The notes below the pieces were generated by a model. It was not told the origin of the DNA, searched no databases, and was given only the letters and a program-made list of their open reading frames with translations. A stretch of 20,000 bases of DNA, from assembly GCF_004010195.1 (NCBI RefSeq), contig NC_057718.1, positions 98,476,700 through 98,496,699 on the forward strand. Direction: 5' to 3'. Made by a program: the position numbers and the translations under genes. This document shows, in pieces, positions 11,275 to 20,000 of the stretch. Within the stretch, counting starts at the first letter, position 1, and each line of letters begins with the position of its first letter. The DNA is from Chiloscyllium plagiosum. Lineage: Eukaryota.

Positions 11275-11410
11275 TGAAGTTGAGGGCTACGAGGTGGTAT
11301 TATCAAAGATGAATTACCACCTGGGGCAGATCAGCCATGTTCATAAAGAATGGTGGGACAGGCTTGATCGGCTCAATGGCTGACTCCTCCTCTTTCTTTT
11401 GCTCTTATGT
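11275..11410 (+). mobile_element. Decayed CR1 3' end
   Basis: agatcagccatg...gaatggtgggacaggcttga...atggctgactcct...cttatgt, similar to the other CR1 3'UTRs in the window. Confidence 0.65.
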
Positions 11411-11497
11411 GCAATAATAACATACGTCTTGCTGCCAAATTCATTTTTTAAAGTTCCAAAGAGAATTCAATTCCAATCTCTATATCCTCACAGTAAT

Positions 11498-11554
11498 TCA
11501 CAGAATCATTGAATCACTACAGTGTGGAAACAGGCCACTCGGCCCAGCAAGTCC
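11498..11554 (-). mobile_element. 3' tail of an HE1-like SINE or its partner LINE, truncated at 11554
   Basis: cacagaatcattgaatcactacagtgtggaaacaggccactcggcccagcaagtcc is the reverse complement of an HE1-type tail with a (GATTCTAT)-like terminal repeat. Confidence 0.65.
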
Positions 11555-12220
11555 GCATTGATTAAGAAAGCGAATGCAATGTTGTCTCTTATCTCAAGAG
11601 GGTTGGAATATAAAAGCAGAGATGTACTACTAAGACTTTATAAAGCTCTGGTTAGGCCCCATTTGGAGTACTGTGTCCAGTTTTGGTCCCCACACCTCAG
11701 GAAGGACATACTGGCACTGGAACGTGTCCAGCGGAGATTCACACGGATGATCCCTGGAATGACAGGTCTAACATATGAGGAATGGCTGAGGATACTGGGA
11801 TTGTATTCGTTGGAGTTTAGAAGATTAAGGGGAGACTTAATAGAGATGTACAAAATAATACATGGCTTGGAAAAGGTGGATGCTAGGAAATTGTTTCAGT
11901 TAAACGTGGAGACTAGGACCCGTGGACACAGCCTTAGAATTAGAGGGGGTCATTTCAGAACAGAAATGCGGAGATATTTCTTCAGCCAGAGAGTGGTGGG
12001 CCTGTGGAATTCATTGCCACGGAGTGCAGTGGAAGCCGGGATGCTAAATGTCTTCAAGGCCGAGATTGATAGATTCTTGTTGTCTAGAGGAATTAAGGGC
12101 TACGGGGAGAACGCTGGTAAGTGGAGCTGAAATGCACATCAGCCATGATTGAATGGCGGAGTGGACTCGATGGGCCGAATGGCCTTACTTCCACTCCTAT
12201 GTCTTATGGTCTTATGGTCT
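11555..12220 (+). mobile_element. Young CR1 LINE, 3' end: ORF2 C-terminus (stop at 12130), 3'UTR and 8-nt terminal repeat
   Basis: Uninterrupted frame KKANAMLSLISRGLEYKSRDVLLRLYKALVRPHLEYCVQFWSP...LERVQRRFTRMIPG...RRLRGDLIE...FFSQRVVGLWNSLP; ends in GTCTTATG GTCTTATG GTCT (12201-12220). Confidence 0.95.
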
Positions 12221-13135
12221 AAGAAGCAGAGAAATGGATTAAATGGGCCTTTTTCTGAATGGAATGCAGTGACTAGAGTGCTTGGGCTTCAGCTATTCAC
12301 AATATGTCTTTAAGATTTAGATGAGAGAACTAAATGTAATCTATTCAAGTTTACTGACAATACAAAGCTTTTGGGAGGTTGGGCTGTAAGGAGGCTGCGT
12401 TGATGCTTCAATGTGATTTGGACAAGTTGAGTGAGTGAGCAAACGCATGGCAGATGAAGCATAATGTGGATAAATGAGGTTCTTCACTTTGGTAGCAAAA
12501 ACAGGAAGGTAAGTTATTATCTGCATGGTGATAGATTGGGAAAAGGGGAGGTACAATAAGACCTGGGTGTCCAACAAGGCAAATAGTACGTTGCCCTGTC
12601 ATGGTGGCAGGATTCGAATACAGGAGAAGCGATGAGTATCTGCAATTGTACAGGGCCTTGGTGAGACCACATTCTGGAGTACTGAGAGAAGTTTGGGTAT
12701 CTCTACTTCAGGAAGGATGTCCTGACTATGAAGAGAGACTGGATCAGTTAAGAGTACTTGGAGATTAGAAGAAGAGGAGGGTTCTCATAGAAACCTATGA
12801 AATTCTAAAGGAATTGCCAGGATAAATGCAGATGTTCCCAAAAATAGGGAAAGTCCAGAAATAGGGATCACAAGTTAAGGACACAAGGTAGGGCATTTAG
12901 GACTGAAATGAAGAGAAATTTCTTCACCCAGAGAATGGTGAGTGTACAATTCTCTATGGAAGAAGGCAAGGTCAAAGTAGTGAATGTTTTTAAGAAGGAG
13001 TTGGATATGGTTCTTCGGGCTTAAAAGGGATCAAAGAGTATGGGGAGAAAGTTGAACAGTAAACTGCGTTGATGGTTAGCTATGATCATACTGAACAGCT
13101 CAAAAGGCTCCTGTTCCTCTTTTCTGTGTTTCTAT
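12221..13135 (+). mobile_element. Old CR1 LINE, right part: RT through 3'UTR
   Basis: KQR..INGPFSEWNAVT...LGLQLFTI..DLDERTKCNLFKFTDNTKL (degenerate FADDTKL), LYRALVRPH, NFFTQRMV; many disablements; ends ...ttctgtgtttctat. Confidence 0.9.
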
Positions 13136-13236
13136 ATACCCAATGCCACTCCTCCATCAAAATGGATCTGTTCTGTGACTACAGATATTGAAATACATCT
13201 ATTGCAGGAAGTCATTATAATCATTTTACTGGTGGT

Positions 13237-14212
13237 TCTGCTTACAATTTACATAGATGATTTACAGTTGGGGACCAAGTGCAGTGTGTTAATGTTTGCA
13301 GATGCCATCAAAATGAGTGGTAGAGCAAAGTGTGCAGAGGACATTGAAAGCCTGCAGAGGGATATTGATAGGTTAAGCCAGTGGCAAGAGTCTGGCAGAT
13401 GGAGAACAATGTTGATAAATGTGAGGTTATCCATTTTAGTTGGAATAACCGCAAGACAGGCTATTATTTAAATGGGTGAAACATTACAGCATGCTGCTGT
13501 GCAGAGTGACTTGGGTGTCCTTGTGCATGAAGCACAAAACATTGGTTTGCAGATACAGCAGGCAATTAAGGTGGCATATGAAATATTGTGCTTCATTGCT
13601 TGAGGAATCGAGTCAAAAAATAGGGAGGTTATGCTGAAGTTGTGTAGGCCACACTTGGAGTACTATGTACAGTTTTGGTCTCCTTACTTGAGAAAGGATG
13701 TACTGGCACTGGGTGGGGTGCAGAAGAGGTTCACTAGGTTGATTAGAGAATTGAGAGGGTCAGCTTAATGAGGACAGATTAAGTAGACTGGGATTATACT
13801 CATCGGAATTGAGAAAAATAAAGGGGAAATGTTATCAAAACACAAAATTAAGAAGGGAATAGATAAGATAGTAGTAGAGAGATGGTTTCACCTGGCAGAT
13901 GAATCTAGAACTATGGGGAACAGCCTCAAATAAGGGGAAGCAGATTTAGGACTGAATTGAGAAAGAATTTCTTCACCCAGAGGGTTCTGAATCTGTGGAA
14001 TTCCTTGCTCAGTGAAGCAGCTGAGGCTACCTCGTTGAATGTTTTTTAAGGCAAAGATAGATAGATTTTCGAACAGTAAAGAAATTAAGGGTTATGGGTG
14101 AGCAGGTGGGTAAGTGGACCTGAGTCCACAAAAAGATCAACCATGATCTTATTGAATGGCGGAGCAGGCTCAAAGGGCCAGATGGCCTACTCCTTTTTCT
14201 TGTGTTCTTATG
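13237..14212 (+). mobile_element. 5'-truncated CR1 LINE: RT C-terminal half and 3'UTR
   Basis: LLTIYIDDLQLGTKCSVLMFADAIKMSGRAKCAEDIESLQRDIDRLSQW, RPHLEYYVQFWSPYLRKDVLAL, NFFTQRVLNLWNSL; 3'UTR ending ttcttatg. Confidence 0.92.
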
Positions 14213-14981
14213 ATATTAGTTGAAAGGTTAGGGAAACCCAATGGATGACTGCTAGTCATCAATAAGAACCAAGCCGATTCAATGCAGATGTTGATACTTC
14301 TCTAACAAACCTACATATAAGTATTAAGGACAAACATCAGTTGTATGATGTCAGTATTCTTCCATAAAGATTCTGATACCTGTACAGAACAGCCTTTCAA
14401 ATGATTGCTGCCTGCTGTTTCTTTACATACCTCAGTTTGCAAAGAGACTGCACTATTAGACAAGTTGTAGACAGCAACAATATTTACTGACTCAGAAGGA
14501 AACACCAAGAGTTCGAAAACACTTTCAGTTAAGTGGTAGAACACAGCCAAAGCACAGGACTTGTTCTCATGTCAATAACATGCCAATCACACTGATTGAG
14601 GCCTTGGAAAAGGAATTCTGGAATGACTATCATTTCTCACCTTAATCTACCTCACAAAAGAACGACTGTCAACATATTGCACCGTATCAAAGATTCCAAA
14701 TTTTTAGAGTTATGTCCCTCATTCTTTCTGCTTTGTCAGAAGTACAAAAAAACTGATTAAGCTACTTTTATAATCATGTGATAAAACTCAGATTACAATT
14801 AAGTAATTGTTAAATTTTCATACATTATTTGCAGATTTCTTGTCACAAACTCTATTGCCAAGTTGCAACTATCTTAAGGTTACATTATAGATAATAACAC
14901 CTAATCTTTCAATATAATAGCATTAAATGCAAAAGGCAATACAAATCATAAAATCCAGCATGAAAAACAATGAACCTGTAC

Positions 14982-15185
14982 CTTCATAGGAGCTAACTGT
15001 ATAGGAGTTATACAGGATGGATCAACCACAGGTTTTGGTCTATTTGCTGTATCTGCAAGCAAACTCTGCCATTGCTGAGGAAGTCCTGTAAATTTCTGCT
15101 CATGGTGGTCAAATCCAGTATGAACCCGATGCTCAAAGTTAGAAGGTGCAGAGATTTCGAGGCGTTTCTTCTTCTTTCCAAACAT
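14982..15185 (-). CDS. PAK5: p21-activated kinase 5 (PAK5/PAK7), first coding exon: NLS-like basic stretch and CRIB/PBD domain
   Basis: [68 protein letters not shown]: group II PAK N-terminus, with [26 protein letters not shown] matching PAK5 as I recall it rather than PAK4/PAK6. ATG has A at -3; 204 nt ending at a phase-0 donor AAG|GTACAG (intron starts at 14981). Confidence 0.93.
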
Positions 15186-15205
15186 ACTGGAAAATCCTAT
15201 TAGGC

Positions 15206-15240
15206 CTGCACCAATGAGAGAACAAGACACAGTGAACAGT
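15206..15240 (-). promoter_or_regulatory. Candidate 3' splice acceptor for the PAK5 first coding exon (exon would start at 15205)
   Basis: Minus strand actgttcactgtgtcttgttctctcattggtgcag|gcctaataggattttccagtATG. Other AGs lie 11 nt and 1 nt before the ATG, and a stronger acceptor lies at 15294. Confidence 0.5.
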
Positions 15241-16249
15241 TTGCCAATCTTAACAACATGATAAAAGGGGGAAAACAAAAGTCACCTGTATCGCTGCAAG
15301 AAAAATACAAGAATCATCGGCAGGGAGGGTTTTATTAAGAATAGACTAAATTCTATAATGGTTCTATCTAAACTTACATAATTCTCTAGCCTCATTTTCA
15401 AACCCTGAATCCAAACTTACAAAATGCACAAATTACAAAATACACAGACAAAATGTGCATTGTGAAACTAAAGCTCATTCCCTTTAACAGGTTGGTGAAG
15501 AGATTTTAACTGAGGCAACTTTAAATAAATGATTTTAAGAAACGAATGCTACTTTGATAAACTTCATACTACCTTTTTCCTCTCCAACTTCAAAATTTCT
15601 ATGCACCATTAATGTTAATTGCTTGAGAACTTGGGTGCAGATGATGAATCACATCTGAAGTGTCCTTGAAATTACATTAATTAAATTCCAATTCAAATTA
15701 GCACTAAAAGGATCACAAATGTGAAATCTTGCAAGAACCAACACAATAGGACAATGATATACAGTGTAATGTGATACAATTTTGCTTTATATTAAGACGT
15801 ATCCTTTTAAAACTTTAAGAGTGTTAACCTAGCAAAGTTTTATTTCTCCTGCTGGAAACTGCGTTAATCAAAAAACACATTTTGACTAAAAGTGCCCAGC
15901 CTGTGCCTGGGAGTAACCAAATTTAAAACTACTGAAAATGTCTTACTGCTAACTATGCTATACCATTCAATTGTTTTAAGAATATACAATGGTCAGTTTT
16001 TAAAAAGTAAATATTGAAAATTTATATTGAAATTTTTTTTAAAAAATCCTTTATTCAGACCTATGCACCTAAGAAAATCATGTCAATTTGAGGAACCTTC
16101 CTGAATTCATGCTGATTTTTTAAAAAATGCTCTAAAGAGGGAGAAGGAAAAGATAACAAATTAATAATGAGGCAAGCAAGTCTCAACAACTTGAAAGTCT
16201 AGTTGAAAAGATATGGTTTGAGTCATTTTTATTCAAAGTGTGACGAAAT

Positions 16250-16945
16250 AATTCAGCAGTATGGCAGGAGATTTCCAAAGATTACAGATAGAAACCTTGT
16301 CAGACATATTAGGACAACTGAAATATGCAGTGAGGTTTAGCAGGAGATGGACTCAAGACTGCAAGAGGGAGCAAGAGTTGTGGAGGTTGCAGAAACAAAG
16401 TGTGACAACTAATTAAAAGTTTAGTGGAAGAATGTTCAATTCAATGCATTGAAGCTAACATAGGGCAGGGAAGAAAGGAATTACTTGAATTAGTTGGGAG
16501 CTCAAAGAAGACTGAGGACAAGAGTCTGGACTTGTGGCAAATAGTGCCTAGGGGATGTTTTTTTTAAAAAATAAGAGTTTTACCAGCAGTTGGAGGTAAA
16601 TTTGGGTGAGGGTGTTCATTAAGGAGGTGACGTTAGATGTAGGCAATGTTGTACAGGTGGATATAATTGGCCTTGGATAAAACAAGTGCTAACTCATGAC
16701 TTCAGTCAAGCTGAATACCCAAGTGTCATTATCTGATTCATACTCAGCAAGTGGGCAGACAAGGGCTGGGATAAATGTTAAGAGTGTTTATGTTGATGGC
16801 TGAAAACAATAGAGTCAGTTTTCCTAATGTCTAGTTGCAGAATATTTTTGACTCATCTATATCTTAATGCCAGACAGACATGTAGAGTTGAGAAGTGAAA
16901 ATAAAGCAATGTGCTATCAACATAAAATATAGAATCTGACCCCAT
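16250..16945 (-). mobile_element. Ancient L2 LINE ORF2 fragment
   Basis: Minus-strand translation with frameshifts: GVRFY.YVDSTLLYF (cf. FHMYADDTQLY), CLSGIKI*MSQ..LQLDIRKTDSIVF (cf. CLSDI..WMS.NFLQLN..KTE.IVF), YIHLYNIAYI (cf. YFHLRNIA.L). The low-coordinate boundary is uncertain. Confidence 0.7.
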
Positions 16946-17111
16946 AAAAAAGAAACATAAAAACCTTAAAACAGAAGTCAAATAGAATTAACTAATAAAG
17001 AATCATTTGTATTTTGTGCATACAGTTCCTAAAAAGTCTACAGACTTGTGATCTTGTTCAGAACTTCTTTATATAAAATAAATTGCAATTTCGAAAGGAA
17101 AAGGAGGGCTT

Positions 17112-17190
17112 GGCACTTACATATCATTTTTTATGTCCCAAAGCCAATACAGTACATTTGAAATGTCACTACTCCTGTATTTTAGGAATA
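17112..17190 (-). mobile_element. Possible highly decayed 3' tail of an ancient SINE (DeuSINE-like)
   Basis: gtcccaaagccaatacagtacatttgaaatgt...taggaa loosely resembles a recalled DeuSINE-type tail; short and divergent. Confidence 0.3.
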
Positions 17191-18721
17191 TAATTATCTT
17201 TTCCCATATACACTGAAAGCAAACAATGCAGCTTAAATGCACTGTACAGACAGACCATTCACACTTAGCAATTCCAACACAGCTCATCAACTTCTATTTA
17301 TCCACGGTAAAAATAAATCCAAAGAATTTATTAAGAAAAAGTAATGTTCCAGTCAGTCAGTCCTCCCCTCATGATAATCAATTAGTCATATGCAGTAAAT
17401 AAAGGATATTTTCGATGCTCAAATTTTTAAATTGTAAAAACTTATATTTATAACGAACAAAATGTTTTTTTTCTGGAGATGACTGTGGGAGGCAATTGTT
17501 TTTCAAAAGTGCTCCCAATATGTTTCATAATCTGTGATTCTGTCTCAAGCCTACAAAGTCCTTTTTGTTATCCTCTCAGATCCTAGCAACAGACTCTAAT
17601 GCTCAAAGAGAGCTGAATGCCCCATGGTACGGCAAACAAAATCAATGTTTCAGGATACTACAATGTGGATTCTTTTCAATTCTGAACAGAGAACCAATCA
17701 GATCAGCCTGTACTTTGCTGTGAAGATTTTAATACAAAACTCAGTATGTTAGGATGTCTATAATGATCAACATATCGAAAACCTGTTTCTTTAGCTCAAG
17801 CTTAACATTAAATTTATCATGCAAACTTCTTTGAGAGGTGCCCTTTCTCAACAGAATATATGAACAACAAGAATTCAGAGGATAGATATACATAAGCACT
17901 ATGCACATCTCCAGTGCAGAGGGAACAGGTTCATGACTTGTACTTCAAGTTCCCAACCTAATTTCTGAGAGTTGTAATCAATTGAGTCAGTTTACCTCTT
18001 GTATTCATGATGGTATGGAACTGCACTCTTGGCACATGAAGCAGGACAGAGAAACTTAAAGAGAACGCCACTGTATGTTAACTGTAGAGTGCAATTTGCT
18101 GAAAATGCAAAGCCTATAATGATAAACTGGAAGAGGTACAGAGGGATCCTCCAGTGAAAACCAATTTAAATTAAAATCCTGCCCACAGTCAACCAAAGGT
18201 CTCCTTGTAATACTTTAATCATGTCATGTGCGAAAACCAAAGAAGGAAATCGCAAGGATGAGGAAAGTCAGGTGAGGAACCATAGTCCACAAAATACCAC
18301 AGGCATCTCTCTCCAGTAAAAAGAATCAATCATTTATAGCTTGAAGGTAACCACTACACAAGTGTAGGATAAGGTGGTGACATGGCATCTATCAACTTTT
18401 GCATCACATGGAGGAAAATCTGAATGGAACACTATCATTAGGCACAGATAATACTTTGGATTCCCAAATGTGGAGGTAATATGGTCTCACTGAAGAAACA
18501 TTTCCAATGTACCTGGTGTAGAAGTGTTACCAAAGATTAGACAGATGACAAGCTTCAGGTGGAATGAAGTTGGGATTGGAAATAAGTCAATCATTCAATG
18601 CCAAACTGGTGTATGCTCAACTTTATAACTTTTTGAAATCTTGGGTTGGCATGCAGGAACAGAAAAGACGACAAGCCCCTCTCAGGGAGTAGAATTAGAC
18701 TGGAGACAGACTAGTTATATT

Positions 18722-19014
18722 ATGTGCTGGAAATGTGTTGCTGGAAAAGCGCAGCAGGTCAGGCAGCATCCAGGGAACAGGAGAATCGACGTTTCGGGCA
18801 TAAGCCCTTCTTCAGGAATGGGGAAAGTTTGTCCAGCAGGCTAAGATAAAAGGTAGGGAGGAGGGACTTGGGAGAGGGGCGTCGGAAATGTGATAGGTGG
18901 AAAGAGGTCAAGGTGAGGGTGATAGGTCAGACTGGGGTGGGGGCGGAGAGGTCGGGAAGAAGATCTCAGGTTAGGAAGGCGGTGCTAAATTTTTCCAGCA
19001 GGCTAAGATAAAAG
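18722..19014 (-). mobile_element. Penelope-like element terminal-repeat fragment, apparently little decayed
   Basis: Reverse complement ...cattcctgaagaagggcttatgcccgaaacgtcgattctcctgttccctggatgctgcctgacctgctgcgcttttccagcaacacat is homologous to the RT-linked tail at 10612-10697. Confidence 0.85.
18783..18820 (-). ncRNA. Minimal type I hammerhead ribozyme-like motif (PLE-associated)
   Basis: RNA sense cauuc-CUGAAGA-A-GGGC(UUAU)GCCC-GAAA-CG-UC-gauuc: CUGANGA and GAAA boxes, 4-bp helix II, palindromic ACGU in place of helix III, GUC cleavage triplet. Helix I is weak. Confidence 0.65.
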
Positions 19015-20000
19015 TATAGGCCACCAAATAATATCACATTGGGACGGACAACAAACACAGAAATAACTAATGCCTGTAAAAACAGTATGACTATTATCAT
19101 GGGGGATTTTAATTTATATGTAGGTTGGTTGAACCAGTTTGGTCAGGCAAGCCTTGAGGAGGATTTCATCGAGTGCACCCATGACAGTTTTCCTGAACAG
19201 TATGTAATGGAAGCAATGAGAGAGCAAGCCATCATTGATCTGGTCCTGTATAATGAGACAGGAATAATTAATGACCTCAAAATTAAGGATCCTCTTGGAA
19301 GGAGTGATCACAATATGGTTGAATTTAGGACACAGATGGATTGTGTGAAGATAAAACGCAATACCAGGATCCTGTGCTTGAACAAGGGGGACTACAATAG
19401 AATGAGGAAGATCCTGGCTAAAGTAGACTGGAAACAATGATTTTATGGTGGAACAGTTGACTAGCAGTAGAGGACTTTCAAAGAAAATTTTCAAAGTACT
19501 TAGCAAAAGTATAATCCATGGGTGTCTAAGAAAATAAGGGAGGCTATCAAATTGGAAAAGGTGGCATACAAAGTGGCCAAAAACACCATGAAACTAGAAA
19601 ATTGGAAAACTTTAAAAGGTTAACAGAAAGCCACAAAAAGAGCTATAAAGAAAACTAAGATAGAACATGAGAAAAAAGAACTAGCACAACAAAGACAGAT
19701 AGCAGAAGTTTCTATAAATATATGAAATGAGAAAGAGTGGCTAAAGTAAATGTTGGTCCTTTAGAGGATGAGAAGTGGCATTTATTTACGGGATATGATG
19801 AAATGGCCGAGGCAACAAACAGGAGTTTTGTATCGGTGTTAAAGTAATAACCTGCCAGTAAGTGACAGAGGAAGGTAAGTGAGGACCTGGAAACAATTAT
19901 TACAGAAGAGCTAGCATTGGGCAAGTTAATCGAGCTAAGGACGGCCCTGATGGAATGCATCCTAGGGTACTAAAAGAGATGGCAGGAGAAGTAGCAGGTG
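19015..20000 (+). mobile_element. CR1 LINE ORF2 (APE endonuclease and linker), decayed, runs off the window
   Basis: YRPPN...IIMGDFNL...AIIDLVL...PLGRSDHNMVEF...GDYNRMRKILAKVDW, and at the window end PDGMHPRVLKEMAGEVA; stops after 19440. Confidence 0.92.

Noticed and set aside
11522..12130. 202-aa ORF as a host gene
   Set aside because: It is the CR1 ORF2 C-terminus; its first ~11 codons come from an adjacent inverted SINE tail and the start is GTG.
240..14900. PAK5 next coding exon (expected to start near TIVRG)
   Set aside because: No matching ORF in the track or by eye; it probably lies beyond the window start, though the gap cannot be excluded.
14946..15278. 110-aa ORF as an N- and C-terminally extended PAK5
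   Set aside because: It starts at TTG, homology begins at the ATG at 15185, and the [11 protein letters not shown] tail is read-through past the donor at 14981.
15995..16050. AT-rich palindromes and a short atattgaaa duplication
   Set aside because: Low complexity; expected by chance.
1..20000. Prokaryotic-type systems (CRISPR array, retron, operon)
   Set aside because: No spaced direct-repeat array or operon structure; all RT and nuclease fragments are explained by vertebrate CR1, L2 and PLE retroelements.

Overview
Vertebrate nuclear DNA, most likely a shark or ray (inferred from HE1/V-SINE-type SINEs and the CR1 and Penelope-like families present). The only host gene sequence I can support is the first coding exon of PAK5 on the minus strand (14982-15185, 68 codons, CRIB/PBD domain). 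The rest is presumably PAK5 intron filled with CR1 LINEs, an old L2, tRNA-derived SINEs and three Penelope-like element (PLE) fragments, plus a 979-nt N gap (8267-9245). I found no convincing new multi-gene system. Best leads: (1) a core-intact minimal hammerhead ribozyme motif in a PLE fragment, sense to PAK5; (2) a candidate 8-nt 5'UTR microexon and 80-nt intron that would include or remove a 19-aa uORF just upstream of the PAK5 ATG; (3) a young CR1 splitting an older CR1, with unrelated DNA in its middle, suggesting misassembly or rearrangement; (4) promoter, splice and hairpin motifs in that CR1's 5'UTR. Repeat family names come from recall and by-eye translation, not database searches, and repeat boundaries are approximate.
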